64,000 bases of DNA from Ptychomitrium polyphyllum. Its lineage: Eukaryota. This document shows, piece by piece, positions 24,301 through 39,085 of the stretch (its first letter is position 1; each line of letters begins with the position of its first letter). A model generated the notes under the pieces. That model had not been told where the DNA came from, did no database searches, and saw nothing but the letters and a program-made list of their open reading frames with translations. The translations under genes and the position numbers were made by a program. The DNA lies in NCBI GenBank assembly GCA_973851085.1, contig OZ316775.1, forward strand, positions 10,416,001 to 10,480,000, given 5' to 3'.

Positions 24301-27300
24301 TTGCCTCTTTAGAAGTAGCTTCAATTGCAGCATTGACCTCTCGAGACCCCACACGCATCCATTTAGGAACTTTCTGATGAGGAAGAAGATCGCCAGCCCA
24401 CTTCCATTCCTCATCCATCTTATCAAAAAGTTCTAATTCATCATCTGTTCTTGCTATCATTCGGTTCACTTCTTGTAAAGTCGGAACATCATGAACTGTT
24501 TGCTGGTACCTTTCTTCATCATGTAATAGAGCTTCCAGTGTAAGTCGTCTCTCCTCCTGGGTAGTCCGTTGGTCGAATCTCCCAGCATTAATGACTTCAT
24601 CAGCCATGTCAATTTTATGCTGCTGAATATTGTTGCGAACCAAGCTCTCAACAGAACCCACATACCGATCCTTACCAGCCTGTACCAAATACAAAGAAAC
24701 TCAGTACCAAACCTTCACAGATACAGCCAGCAACAAGGACGAACCGAGAGGACAAAATCAGCATACAAAAACAAAAGTTACACGAGAATAACATAGAAGA
24801 ATACAATTCCCATGATTGAACCGGCTGAACCACAAGGGACAACCTAACCAAGAGTTTCACGATTGACTACCATTTCATCATCCTTCTCGTCCAACGACCC
24901 CCCACTTCGCAGCTCATCCTCCTTCTCATAGCTAGGAGTACTTTCCACAACAGCCTCCATATAAATAACACGAACCTCTCTCTTTTGCCCTATGCGATGT
25001 GCACGAGCCACTGCTTGCTCCTCATTTTTCGGATTAGGGTCAGGGTCATACACAATCACCGTGTCAGCTGTCTGCAGATTAAGACCTCTTCCTGCAGCCC
25101 GAATACTAAGTAGGAAGATAAAGCAATCAGAACCTGGCCGATTAAATTCAACAATTGCTGATTCTCTAGCCTCCAACGTTGTCATTCCATCAATGCGACG
25201 GTAAACAAGCCTTCGCCATTGTAAGTAATCTTCTAGTATATCCAGCAACCTAGTCATAGTACTGAAGAGCAGAACTCGATGGCCCGTCTTATGCAGCTTC
25301 ACCAGGATGCGATCCAGAATCCACAGCTTCCCACATGTACGCACTGACATGTCCCCTTGAACATGATACCGAGGGGGATAATTTAAGTAAGGATGATTGC
25401 AGACTTTTCGTAGCTCCATGCACTTATTCTGCAATGGAGCATAAGCCCTTGCAAGTCGCTTGCTATTTCCTGCAATTCTCTGAGCCTCATCATCTGGATC
25501 CAAACGCAGGGTTCCAGTTGTTTTCACCCAGTCATAAATTGCTGCCTGGTATGCCGACATTTTGCATTTGAGAACCACAGACACCTGTAGAACCAGCATG
25601 AAAGTGCGTGAGGAATCAGAGTGTCCAATCCATAAGTTACGTCCAGAATTAAAAGCTCATACTTCAACAAACTTAATTTAAACTAAAAGAAGGCTGAATG
25701 GCACTAACAGACGATCACTTGGATAATTGCACTACAAGTAACAGCAAACAAGCTATCACCTTGGGAGGAAGAGATCCTTCCACATCCTCAACACGACGCC
25801 GCAACATAAAGGGCTCCAGAATCTGGTGAAGCCTATGGATAACAATGACTTTCTTTTCCGTCTCTAGCCAATCGTCTTCTTCAGTCTGTGTAGCCTCCTT
25901 CTGGAAGGGTTTCGAAAACCACTCGTGAAATGACTTACTGTTGTCAAACACTTCTGGGAGCAGCAGATTGAGGAGCGACCACAATTCATGAAGATCATTC
26001 TGCAGAGCAACAGCCTCCATTAATACCCTCAGAGCGTATCAAAAATAACAATGAAAATAAGAATAAAAACAAAGATTAAAATGAAAGCAGGAATGCTCCG
26101 CATCATCAAACAAATACATACTATGCAAATAGTCATAAAGAACACAGTAAATGCACCTGTAGTGGAGTGCCAGTAAGCAGCAACCGCCGTGAGCAACGGA
26201 ATCGATCAAGGTCACGGGCAAGACGTGATTCACGATCCTTCATCCGCTGTGCTTCATCAATAATAATGTATTTCCAATCCACTTTCGCCAGTTTGGAACG
26301 ATCACGCATAATGAACTCATATGTTGTCACCAACACATTGAACTTCATTGAGCAAACCTCCTGAGATGAGCAAACAGAATGTCAATTCCTGAAACGGCTA
26401 TACATGGTGAAGAACCTTAGTCATGATGACATGATTAAAGAAATTTGAGTCAAACATATTATCAGGAAATTGACCTGGGCAAATATTTTGGCACGTTGAT
26501 CTTTATGCCCGACATAATATATACAAGAGACGGATGGAAGCCATCTGAGTAGTTCACTCTGCATCCATAAATACGTCAACATAGCATCAGATTAGTTTCT
26601 ATGAGAGAATCAAGAAAGTTTTGAGAGAAAAGTAGTCAAGTGTACCAGCTTAAAGTCTAATCTGACTATGAACAGCATAGATTTCTAGTTTCTTCGGAAC
26701 AAAAACTAAAATTTAGGGTCCAGAAAAGTTACCTTCCAGTTAACCATGACAGCATTCGGTACAATAATTAAATGGGGTCCGTAGTTTCCCTTGTATTCCA
26801 TGAGATAAGCAATAAGAGCCATTACCTGTAAGTCCACGCACACAAGTTGTCATACTTCAACACCTCATGCTACTTTATCCATGCATGTGACGAAGTGTAG
26901 ATTGAGACAAGTTAGAGCTAACGCATTAATTCAGATATGATAATGTACAGGTGCAACAAATAGTGTATGCATCATTAAGGGACCCCATTTGAACTTGTAC
27001 TTAAAGAAACATTTTGAGATTTCACAGTACTATCTATAAAAAACCAATTCAAGAACAAGAATCTAAACAACCCCATAACATGCTTCAAGAAAGTGAGATC
27101 TCACCTGCACTGTCTTCCCCAGACCCATCTCATCGGCAAGTATGCCATTCAACCTATTATTGTACAATGATAGCATCCACTGTAAACCCACCTGTTACAA
27201 TAAAGAGAAAAAATGTGTTAAGACTAAGGTTCCCTCATTTCGCGCCTTTATACCTAATCACTCCTAAAAGAATAACCCTTTCTATAGAACTGTCCAGTAA

Positions 27301-30300
27301 TATTCCCCAGAGAAGGTAAAATTGTCTCTGAAACTCTTATACATCAAACACCATACAAAGGAGCTGAATAAAACCAAGCTTTAAAATCTTCTACATAAAA
27401 TAACCAACAATCACCATTTGATAGTCTCGCAGGACACCAACAGCAAGCATTGATGGTTGTTTGACAATCTTCTCGTGCACTGCGTGAGCCAAGCTGTAGT
27501 ATCTGTAACACCAATTGATAGATATAAAATCAGTTTCAGAAGAAGCAAGAGCAGGTCTTATAGCCGACACAGCGCAAGGCATATTCCTTAAATCCGTGAG
27601 GTTAGCGTTGCAATCGCTCAGATCAGTGCTCAAATGCAAGTTAGAAGGTACTGAACAATTGCTATAAAACAATACTTACTTATTTACAGAAGAATCGTGT
27701 GGAGCACTGTTGACATAACCATTAACTCCAGCATCTTCACTTGCTCGAGCAGCGGCTTGCTGCGCTTCCTCTTCTGAGTAACCCTGCACTCAGCAACGTC
27801 TGAAATCAGATATACGATACAGACAAAGCTGCACAATTTCCTCCTACTTCAACAAAAAGATTACTAGGATAGCACTGACGAAGATCTCTAAAATCCTCGA
27901 CCTGCGCTCTGGCGGCAGCAGCTGCTGCTATAGCAGCTTCTTCTCGCTCCTGATGATTTTTGACAGCAGATATCTTCCCCCCCAGCTTGTGCAAATATTC
28001 TTCAGTTTGTGTAAGAAAAGAGGAGAGCACTTCAAATCTCTCTCCAGCATCACCAGGAAGTTGACCCTGTTGCTGTTTCAACATCTCCCTGTAGGCATCA
28101 ACATCATTGTTCTTCAACGCCTCCATCCTCTTATTACGATCTTCATCCTTCCGTTTTGAATACTCTCTCAACATCCGCTCGTGATACTTCGCAACACCCC
28201 TGTTCCTCGTAACACGAGAATCCCTCGCTGACCACTGGGACTCCAGTAACTTCTTTCGCCATTGGAACAACGCCTTCAAGTGTTTTTCACGAGTGGACCT
28301 TTGCAGCACCATCACTTGCCTTGTAAGATCCATCCGTTGCCTTTCACAAAGACGAACAAACTTCCTGTAAGCCCGTTCGCCCATGGCCATGATCTCCTGT
28401 TGCTGCTCCTCCACCTCGTCTCGTACACGATGTTGAAGCTCCATCAGCCGTAATTTCTTCTCCTCAATCCGAAGTCTTACAATCTGATATGACTGCAGTA
28501 ACTTTTTGCCATTTCTTGTGGTCAAAACATCTTGAATCGTTTCAAGCCTCTCCACTCTCTTTTTATCAATGGCACGCACTCCTTCCTCAAGAAGAAGCTC
28601 CCGCACTTTGTAACCAAGAGAAATTGGCTGACCCCAAAGACTTGCTTGAGGTGTTAATGAAAGTGCAGCCCCATCAATTCTCTTAGCAACAGCGGGAAAA
28701 TCAAAGAGTGGACCACGATAAGGGCGCACAACTGGTGGAGGCTTCTGAATCGTAGCAGGCATCATGGTAGCAGCAGGAACCCCTGGCTTGCTCACTGCTA
28801 AACTTGCAGTAGCAGCTGATACTGGAAATCTGCTAGTATCTAGCTTGCTTAACTTGGCATCTACCACCTTTACATCTGGTTTAATAGTACTCTCATGTTT
28901 AACTCCTTGTTCGGGTTTTAAAGGAGGAGCTTCATGCTTTATGCTTGGAGAACCTTTGGCATCCCCATTGTCAGAAGTCTGAATACCGGATACAGTAGTT
29001 CCCACTTTTGAACCTCCATCTCTGATGTCTAATTCCTTTGGAACCATAGGGTCTTTCAATGCTGGCAACTCTTTTGGTTTGGAATCGACATCTTTTGAAA
29101 TAGTGTCATTAGCAACTTTTCCTGGAGGCTCAGATCCCTTCGCAGTGGCTTGAGTGGCAGGTGCCTGTTCTTTAGGACGTGATGCGGTCGATATCTGAGA
29201 AGAATGCTGTGATGAACGAAGCGGAGGATTGATGAGACGCTTTATCTCCTCTGCAATAACCACTTCTCCAGGCTGCACGGCAAAATATAGCAACTTTCTT
29301 GAAACACTTCTTGCACTTGCGTTTTAAAATGGCAACTGAAGTGATAAAATGTGTGTGGCAAGTACGATAAGATCCTATCGACATTAAAACAACTCCAAAA
29401 AGAGATGGAAGACAGTGTATAATCTACCGCCTCAATGCTCCAAAACCACCAATAATAGCCATAATGAAATTATTGACAATGTCAGTCTACATAGACCATC
29501 CACTAATAAAACCATCCATCAATCGCCTTGATCTATATCTATTCATGTTATACGTATCAATTGCTTAAAATACACCACAGGAAGATAGCCAATTTAGAGT
29601 CACCATTATTGAGTTTGAATCACACCTTCCTCGCCCTCAGTTTCTTAAAAGCCAATATCTGGTTTCGAAGAAGGGTGAGCTGGTATTTGCTGAAACCGAA
29701 ACCAGAAGACTGTTGCTGAGCTGGAGGATGTCTAGATTGCTGACCAGGTCCAAAACCCTCAGCAGCGCCCAGAGGTAAACTTGGTCGAGACACTTGTGGC
29801 TGTGCCATCAGTTGACCATGTTGATTCAACCCACTACTAGATCTGTCAGTTGCCTCTCCAACACCAGACTCAGTATTTGGAGGTTTTGATGCTGGCAGGG
29901 CGGTGTTCAGAGGCCCTGAAAGTAATTGCAAAGCTTGTAGTTAGAACATGGACCGCAAAACATTCTCCTCCTTCAACAATATTGAGGTGCAGGAGATTTT
30001 CGATGACGAGTCGTGAATTTATATGAAATACTAATCCATCATTAGCTTGTAAACCATGAGGTTGAGGTCAGAAGTAAAAATCGAATAGGAAGAAAGGAAG
30101 GACCTTTAGCTACAATGAAAAGATGTACCTGTATTGGCTTGCATGTTTGTAATTGATTGTGTTCTGGCATCCCCACTTTGAGTCGGGTTATGATACATTA
30201 CAAAACTGGGGTTTACATCAGGAGCAGTTCCACCAGATACAGAAGAGCTGCCAGTATGCATAGGTTGGTAAAAAATAGACATAGGTACTGCGTTGGGGAA

Positions 30301-33300
30301 TCCGCCTAACGGAAGGCCACTAGATGTCATAAGCATGGGTGCTCCAGCCCCTGCTCCAATCCGACTCTGATCGACAGCCGAAGTTAGCTGGGCACCAGAC
30401 ACTGCCACAGGTCTGGACTGAGCCATCACCATGCCACCTTGGCTAGCTGACTTTTGCATGGCTGCTAAGTGGGCTTGGTACTGAGGTAGAAACTGTGGAG
30501 GTATTTGACCTTGTGGAGGAAGCGGGGCGTTGACAGGTAAAGCGGAACTAGTAGGTATTTGCTGTGAAGGAGGTGCCATACCACTAAACGAAGCGCTACT
30601 ACTACTCTGGACACGCTGTTGGTGATTCTGTACCCCTTGCACAGGGCCTGAAATTGGTCGTGGAAAGCTTCCAAGAGGATAGGCAAGAGTCATTGCATCC
30701 GACCGTGGTGGTTGTTGACTAGCGTTCCGTGCTTGGTTTCTGGGCTTTTCGGCCGAAGTAGACTGGCTAGCAGCAACATTTCCAGGTTGCGTTAGCTGCT
30801 GCAATTGCCTTCCCGCCAGCTGCTGATGCATCAACTCCTGAGATAAACAACGTTCCATTCTGCTTTGATCAAAAAACCCAAAACCTTTGATTGCCAAATA
30901 CTATTTATTACGCTATACCTATTCCCAGCGTAAATCACAGAAACATCCTCCTGTCATATATAAACCCATCGAGTAAATTCGCAATCTTGAAGCCTAAATG
31001 CCCCTGTGGCCAGAAGTGTCCAAAACAATGGCTACGTATTCACATAAGTTTGAAACATTTCATTAAGAAAACTATAACAAATGTCATGTCATATACAAAA
31101 AGGGAATGAGGAAAAGGAGAAAATGCCCCATATTTTATAGTTGGTACAGAGTCTTCTGTGCAGTAACTGTTCACACTGGATTTTTAAAGCAAAACTGAGG
31201 ATAATGCCAGGCACTTCGAGATCAAGGTATAGGTGCAGTACACTAAACGTTGGGGTGCACGAGCATACCTGCAAATTAAGGTTGTTCGTGCTGTTAAAAT
31301 CCCTGGGAGGACCTGTTTGCAAGGGCTTGGAAACCTTCTGCTGGTTGTAAGCATTAGCCTGAGCTTTCTGCTGTGCAGATAGTAGTGCTTGCTGCAGGTA
31401 TGCATTTTGAGAATGCGACTGAGTTGCTCGACTAGGATCAGAGTTGCCCAAGCTGGTGACCTGAGGATCGCCACTGCTCCGAGAACTGGCATCTTGTTGC
31501 AATCTTTGCTGGATTGAAGAGGGAAGAGGACCAGGAGGACCGCCACCGCTGCTGCCACCACTGCTCCCAATCCCTTGCAAATTTCCCGCATTTTGCTGAG
31601 CCTGAAGAAAGTTGACTATCGACTTATACCGAGGGTCACTAGTCTGACCAGAGTCTCTCAAATGTTGCAGCTGCATACAATGCCCAATTTTGTCAGCAAG
31701 TCTTAAAGAATAGAAAGAAAAACTTTTCAGAATAAAATGCCTTCCCGGGATTCAATAGTATTATGGTAAAACAAAATGCTACATGACTGTTAGCTTATTT
31801 AAAGGAAAACAGCCCTATCCCACTACATGCCATCGAGCTCCGTCAATCACAAGCCTCAAGGACCCGAGTTACTGGAGTTATCTTCCGATAGCAAACGCTC
31901 TGCAATGCAGAATCAAAATATAGATGCATCCAATGTAACGAGGAAGAATCCTACCCACCTACATCCACACCCTTAAATGGAGGTTAAATTTGCAACAGAA
32001 TGTTCATTTGAGAATAACGTGACACTTTGTTAGAACTCCCTCAACGTCGATAAGGATGTCCAAAAATCCCCTGTAATGAAAACTAGATGTTCAGAAAAAT
32101 ACGGTCCGTCAAGTAAACGCAGGTATTGTGATTTCCGACATAGTCAGTCAGGGACGCTCTCCAAAAAGCTCATGTGTTTCGGCTCAACCTCTCAACAACG
32201 ACGACTAAACTCCTAGATTAACGTGAGAAGTCGTCTGACTGCACAGAACGTATAGAGACATGCATTTCCGTCTCAACCTCAAAACCCTAATACTGGTAAC
32301 GTGGAATGGCCAAGACAACCGAAGGCTCACTAAAACGAGACACAGACGGGAATCTTGATTGTTCAGGAAAGAACATCCCAAACATCCTTCCGTCCGAATG
32401 CTCGATTTCTAAATGCTTTTCATCCCGCAGATTTATTCTATGAAGTTTACCGCAATAGACCAAAAACTAGTTCCAACGTGCGGTACCCCTGATAATCTTC
32501 TCCAGCGCCGAGTAATTGCACACACCAAAGAGCATAACATGTAAAACTCTACGTCATAAATAATTCATATACTGAACACCCAACAATGGCATCCTCGGCA
32601 GTGACTCGCTAAGAAAGGTCTATTCAAACACAAAGAGTACATAACGTAATAACGCCCACCAAAATCCTACGATGCACCGTGCCACCTGCGCCTTAGGGTT
32701 GATTCCTTCACTTGAAAGAAATGTAAATTGCAAGAGAGCGAAGAAAGAGATCCCAGATCTACCAAAGCGAGCTTCAACAAAACCCGGAGCGTGCCCTTAG
32801 GGTTACCTCTCGACAATCAATCCGCAACAAATCACGAACCTAACGGAGCACGAAGGAAGCCCGAGTACGGCATTGATCCTCGTACGTCCCTCGAAGACAA
32901 TTGAAATCGAACGAGCGCAAACGAGGCATCCTGAGAAAAACCTAGTTCACAAAAACAGGCCTAAGACCCATCCCTAGGGTTTGAGAAGCGGCAACAACAA
33001 AACCTCCTCACAACGATTGCAACACCTCCCACCTGTTGAAACAACTGCGGAATCTGCGCCCATGGCGTAACAGCAGGTGCCGTAGACGAAGCGGCCGCGG
33101 CACCACTACTACTACCAACACTTGAATTCTGCTGCTGGCTTGGCTGCACCCCCTGCTGTGCCGTTCCCTGAGAAGCATGAGGTTGCTGCGCTGGTTGCGA
33201 AGAGCTCGGCTGCTGAGGTTGCGTCTGCGCCTGCGGCTGCTGGTTCGCGGACGCTACAGCAGGTGCGGGCGACGGCGCGGGTGCGGATGAGGGTGGTGCG

Positions 33301-33383
33301 GCCTCCTCGGCGGAGTGCGGCGGATCTGGAGCAATGATGGGGGGCCGGCTGCTTGCCGGCTCCTCCCCCCCCTGTCCCTGCAT
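21302..33383 (-). CDS. BRM: BRAHMA-like SWI2/SNF2 chromatin-remodelling ATPase, 19 coding exons
   Basis: QLQ domain ([19 protein letters not shown]), HSA-like region, Walker [78 protein letters not shown] (plant BRM-type), SnAC and acidic region, C-terminal bromodomain. All traced introns are canonical GT-AG and in phase. Confidence 0.95.
21857..21964 (-). repeat. Three in-frame 36-bp tandem units in the last BRM exon
   Basis: Encodes [36 protein letters not shown]. Confidence 0.85.
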
Positions 33384-33509
33384 TCAAAAGAGTAAGGCCG
33401 TGGCGTCCGTCCTATGCTACCAGGCAGCCCCCTTCCCCCCTCGCCAGTGCGGCGTCTCAAGACCGTTTCTACAACGGGGAAAGGGGGGGGGGGGCCTCCG
33501 GCTCTGGCA

Positions 33510-33542
33510 CCCACCCCAACCACCCCTTCCCAACCCCCTCCC
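33510..33542 (-). promoter_or_regulatory. Six-G-run G-quadruplex-forming motif ~130-160 nt upstream of the BRM ATG
   Basis: Minus strand reads GGG A GGGGG TT GGG AA GGGG TGGTT GGGG T GGG. Confidence 0.55.
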
Positions 33543-33749
33543 TCTTCCGCTCTGGTTCTCGGTCAGTCAATCACTATCCCCACTCTCTCTCTCTGTGCTG
33601 CCGCGTCTTTCTACTGTACCACGGCCTGGTGCCGTTTCTACCCTCGGCCTACACTACACGTTCCTTCTTTCCTTTTGCGTTCCTTGGCTTCCCTTCCTTC
33701 CCTTCCTTCCGTTCCTGCTCTCGCTGACTAAGACGTCGCCACTAACTCC

Positions 33750-33802
33750 CTTTCTCTCTCTGTCTCTCTCTCTCTTTCTCTCTCTCTCTTTCTCTCTCTC
33801 TC
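33750..33802. repeat. (CT)n/(GA)n microsatellite upstream of BRM
   Basis: Imperfect CT dinucleotide run; GA repeats are the known target class of BBR/BPC factors. Confidence 0.85.
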
Positions 33803-36800
33803 TTCAACTCACACAGCCTGTGTGGACCGCTTCCGCGCGAGGGACGCAGGACACGAGATGCCACGCCAAGTCCGGTCACGTGTGAGGCAACATCTCACCT
33901 CCCTTGCCCCGCATCTGCTCTAGCCCACTGTGGAACGGCCGTTTATTACCAATCCTCGCGCTCGCTATCACCCCCTGCCGCTTGGTTCCTTTGCTTTTGT
34001 TTTGCTTTGCTTTGCTTTGCTTTGGCTTGGTTTGGCTTGGCCTGGCCTGCCAGTCAGATATCGGTCAGAGTTGCAGCTATGGTCATAGCCAGGCACACCC
34101 GCACCAGTTTAGTGGGATACTAGGCTCTAAAGCGTGGCTCCAGAGACATCACCCAAGACCCGGGGGACCCCATGCATCCCCATGCCATGGGCATGACCTG
34201 CGTTGGAACCCCAGCCCTACTTCTGCCCGGACCCACCGCCCTTACAACGCGCGCCCCCCCCCGCCCGACCCGTCCCGGCCCGGCCCGCGCGGGCAGCTTG
34301 CCCGCCCACGGGGGAAAATGATTGTAGGGAGGAAAAGAGCGGGAGCGTGCGGACGGAAGCTGGCGGGAGCGGTAGGGGCACTGGTGAGGGCCGGGTTGGG
34401 GCGGTTCTTGGGGCCGGGTATTGGAAATCGTCGTTAGGGTGTAAAGCGTGGGAGGGTTGGTGTAAGAATCTAGCTTGACCTGGTAACTTCAACACTCGCG
34501 GTATTTTCGTATCGTAGAGTTTGATGAAGCTGCCATTGCAGGATCATCATTGTGCAGTGACGTAACTTAGTGCATGGTGCGTGACGAAACGTCTTATTAA
34601 AGTTCTTGCAGATTTCAATCAGGGCTTTTTGTTTTCTCTTGCAGTGGATGTTTGCATTACTGTCCTGTATTTACTTTTGCATATGAGACTTTAAATTCGT
34701 TCCTCTTTCTTTGAATTTCCATTTTTTACATCTTAATGTCCACTTTAGTATTTCTATGTTCTTTCAACTAATTTTGTAACATTTTCTTAGTAGCTTTGAA
34801 TATCATTTTCTGAAGAGTTTCTAAGATTTGTAGTATTTCAAATAGGAGTCATTATCTTTTAGTTTAATAGGTGAATAATAATGACAACAATGGATGATAA
34901 CCAATAAATTGAATTGTTAATGTTAAATTGTGAGTTTGCCATCATTGTTGAGTGCTATTATTACTATAATGAATGCATTCAATACTTTGATTTCTATAGA
35001 ATAATGCTTTTCATTGATTTTCAAAAAAGTGGGATATCCAGATTACAAAGAATGTTGTGATTAATTTTACATTAAATGATTTTCCAAAGTTTTACTTTAG
35101 TGTGATTTCACACATTAAATTATGATTAACTTACAATATTTCAAAGTCAAATAAATAAGATTGAATTTATTATTAATGATTTTCAAAAATCTAATTATAT
35201 TACAAAATAAGTCTTGATTTGAAGTCAATATAACACTTTTGAAATTTTGCAAAATATCAAGCAACTTTAAGTTCCAAGAAAAGGTCCTAAAAACAAAATT
35301 TTAACTTTTTTTAATAAATTTTTTTAATAAATTTTCTTAAGAAAATAACTCCATCACTGTGGTAGTATGTATTATACAAAAATGTTGAAAATAAGGCAAT
35401 TCAATTTCCAATAATAGTAATATTTACAAATTTAGGAAGTTTACGATTTATATCCAATAAAAAATCCAAATACAAAATAGTCATGATACATAAAAGCTTG
35501 AAGATTATTACCAAAAAATCAAAAATAAAGTTTAAAAAGTAATTTATTGGTGATGATCTTTATAACATACTGAATTTTTTTTGGATAAAAAACTACTTCA
35601 CGAGTTATCTACTTCAGTATATTAAATAAAACATCTTATTATAACCCACAAATTATTTAAATGCCCAAAGATGGAATTTTTTGATAAATTCATAGATAAA
35701 TAATTTTATATTCATAATTAATTAATATTTCAATATTATTTACAATAAAATATTCTATTATAAGGACTCCATTAATTATGCAAAAGTCTCAAATTTCTAT
35801 ATAAATGTGTTTATAAAAAATTCAGTATTAAATCATATATACATCAAATTTTTAATAAGAATCAATTAATTTTTTTATATTACTTGTAATAATTGTAATT
35901 TTAAGAAGAAAAAATCTTGATTCTTTTCATTGCATGCATATTGGTAATTTATATAATTATATTTATGAGTGTGCTATAATTCTTAATAATTTTTTTCGTA
36001 ATCAAACATATTTTGAGACAAAATGATTTTTTAATAAGTTTTTACATATAAATTTGTAGTAAAATTATTATACAATAAAAAACCAACCATGACTAATTTA
36101 TTGAAACTAAAATTTTAACATTCAAAATAATACTAATAATATTACCATGATATTTTGAAATTTTTTGTGGTTGATTTTTGCTTTAGATTTGTGATCCTAA
36201 AATGCAATATAATAAATTTAAAACACATTAATGAATGTAATTTTATATATTTATAGAACTCTTAATATGTTATTTATTTTGAAAAGTTTCTTATATTCTT
36301 TAACTATTTACTTATGTGAAATATAATTAGTTGCAACAATATTAATAATAATTAAAAAATTTATAATAACTTTGAATTTATAAAATTATCCAATTACATA
36401 CCACTAATATAATTATTGCATCATTCTTTAATACAATTATTTTTATCCTTGTACTAGAAAATTTTCTAAAAAATTGATTATATGATTGTATTAAAAGTAA
36501 TTGTAATATACATATGCATCTATATAAACGTCACATTTGTCAAAAATTCAAAAATTGGATTATTATGAGCCATTGTCTCATCTAAAGCACCATTTATTAA
36601 ATAATCAAATGCAATGGAAAAGCCAACATTTAAAAGTTAGTGCATTAAAAACCATAATATATTAACTTAAATCATGTTTCTAAAAGACCAATTTACCAAG
36701 TAATATTTCCAAATACAATCAATAAATTGCATATCTTATAAAAGAAGTTTTCCAATATTCTAAAGCAACTAGTATTTTACAACTTATATGCCATTACAAT

Positions 36801-37191
36801 ATTAAATTGTTACAAGATAATAAAATAATGAAATTTGATATACATTCTAATAGTTTGAAATAAAAAACCAAGCACAAAAAAACTTTAATCTTTGTTTTTA
36901 TTGATTATAGAATGAATGCTGAGATGGGCTAAGCTAAGCTATAATTTGTTTTTTTGATTGATTGAACACCTTATTATTGATGCTTCTTTCCAAATCCTCC
37001 TTCTTCTCTGATTTTCTTTTCATGGCTTTTTGAACTTTTTTCAAAAACTATGCATTAAAATTATAAATTTAAGTGACACTTTTACATGTTATGAGATATT
37101 GTACAATTACTAAATTACTTTGGAGTGATTTTAATGTATGTGACTTATATCATATGCATTCATGACTTCTTTTAAAATCTCCTTCAATAAC

Positions 37192-37291
37192 NNNNNNNNN
37201 NNNNNNNNNNNNNNNNNNNNNNNNNNNNNNNNNNNNNNNNNNNNNNNNNNNNNNNNNNNNNNNNNNNNNNNNNNNNNNNNNNNNNNNNNNN
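37192..37291. other. Assembly gap (100 N)
   Basis: Run of 100 N within a very AT-rich intergenic stretch. Confidence 0.99.
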
Positions 37292-38951
37292 ACAAGTATA
37301 CACATTGATATTCTATTTAGTATCTACTTTAATGAATTGCTCAGTATTTATGTTATTTTGTTGAATATGTTTACATAATAAACATAAAATTAATAGACTT
37401 GTATTAAAATAAAAATTTAATTAATATTCATGATGTATTATGTTTGATAAAAACTAATGTATATGTATATTTCATGTACATGCATATATATCTTTATAAA
37501 ACAATTGAAGAAACCTAATATTTAATAGATTAAAGTAAATTATTTAAAAATTTAAAAATTTTAATTTAAAACTACAATTTCAAATTATAATATAAAACTG
37601 TAATCAAAAACTTGTATGTTACCAAAAAACCACAATTAGTAATCAATTGATGAACTTCAAAAATTCTTACATAATTTCACTAATATATCAACATTAAAAT
37701 TTATCATATTTATAGATTAATATATTCAAAAATAAATTCTATAATCAAATCTAGAATTTTGTATTATTTGTATTTGTTACATTTAGATTATAAAATACAC
37801 ATACATGGCATTATGTTATTCTATTTATATTTTAAAGGTGATTATTTAGTATTTTTCTAATTATTTTTATCATTATTTAAGTTTTTAAAATAAAAATGAA
37901 AGTAAAAAATGAGATAATTTCCAACAATGAACATAAAATGAAAGTATTAAAATTTTAAAACATTAATATAATATCATCAAAGGAGTAATTATTTTCCAAA
38001 TTATTGATTGAAAGGTCTTATAGTGTAGAAGTTTAATTATTTATTAAATACTATATTAATCTTCAATCATATATTACATTTATGCAAATGTAATTGTATC
38101 ATCAATAGTAATTTTAAATTATTACAAGATTTTGAATAAGATATAAATACCAAAGCCATTTATTTGAAAAATATACAACTTTTAAATTTGTATAATCTAT
38201 TTAGCTATGTAAAGATATTCTTAAAAACTTAAAGTTTGTTCTTATATTCAATGTTAAAAATTTGAAAACGTATAAATTATTTATTTGTTATTATATTTCT
38301 TACAAAATTTAAAGCTAATATATGTACTTTCAAACAGTTAATTGTGTTGATAAATATGTAGCTTTAAAGATTAGGAAATACAAATATTTATAAAAACCGC
38401 TCAAAATAAATACAACCATAACATTCTTCATTACTTGAAACAACTTAACTACATTTTAATAAGAAATCAATAATAATGATGGTGAAGGCATTAAATAGTG
38501 AATGCATGATCCAATTTGCTATTTTATCACACAAAATTATTTAATTTTAGCATTACAAGATTTTAACAATGAGATTGTATGTTTAAATGATGAAGGTATA
38601 TTCTTGAAAAATAAGATATTTAGAACAGTCATTGAAGAATGTTATGACATATATTCTATAATTGAAATTAATACACATGTGTGCATCTAAATATTTATTA
38701 AAATAGACTTAAGAGGAATAAGAAGTTTATATTGGTGAAAAAAGTTTATTCAAAATCCTACATGACACATTTGGATAGTATTTTTCTATGGACTATGACC
38801 TTCTTGTTTCCCACAACCTCAAAATGAATGTATTTCAAAATGTTTTGGAATTCAAACATTTTCTTAAGAAATCACAATTCTCACATACAACTCGAGGGGT
38901 CTCAACTAATCACAAGCACACCAAAAAAAATAGTCTTGCTTTGCCAAAAAA

Positions 38952-39085
38952 CATTCATTCATCCGTTCATCCATCAATTAATCCATCCGTTAATCCATCT
39001 GTTCGGTCATACACCCGTTCATCCATCCGTTCGGTCATCCGTTCGGTCATTCACCCGTTCATCCATCCATTCATCCATCATTCAT
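38952..39085. repeat. Degenerate TCAT/TCCA/TCCG 4-mer-based microsatellite
   Basis: cattcattcatccgttcatccatcaattaatccatccgtt...; related tracts at 39522-39554 (inverted) and 60416-60500. Confidence 0.8.

Noticed and set aside
32281..32985. Telomere-like AAACCCTA/TTAGGGTT motifs in BRM intron 1
   Set aside because: Isolated single units (telo-box-like), common near plant gene 5' ends; not an interstitial telomeric array.
33334..34495. Cluster of overlapping ORFs of 90-180 aa upstream of BRM
   Set aside because: Arise from GC-rich and CT-repeat promoter/leader sequence that is poor in stop codons; low-complexity translations.
34700..38900. Coding potential in the extremely AT-rich stretch around the gap
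   Set aside because: No interpretable peptide motifs found; probably very old decayed repeat sequence.
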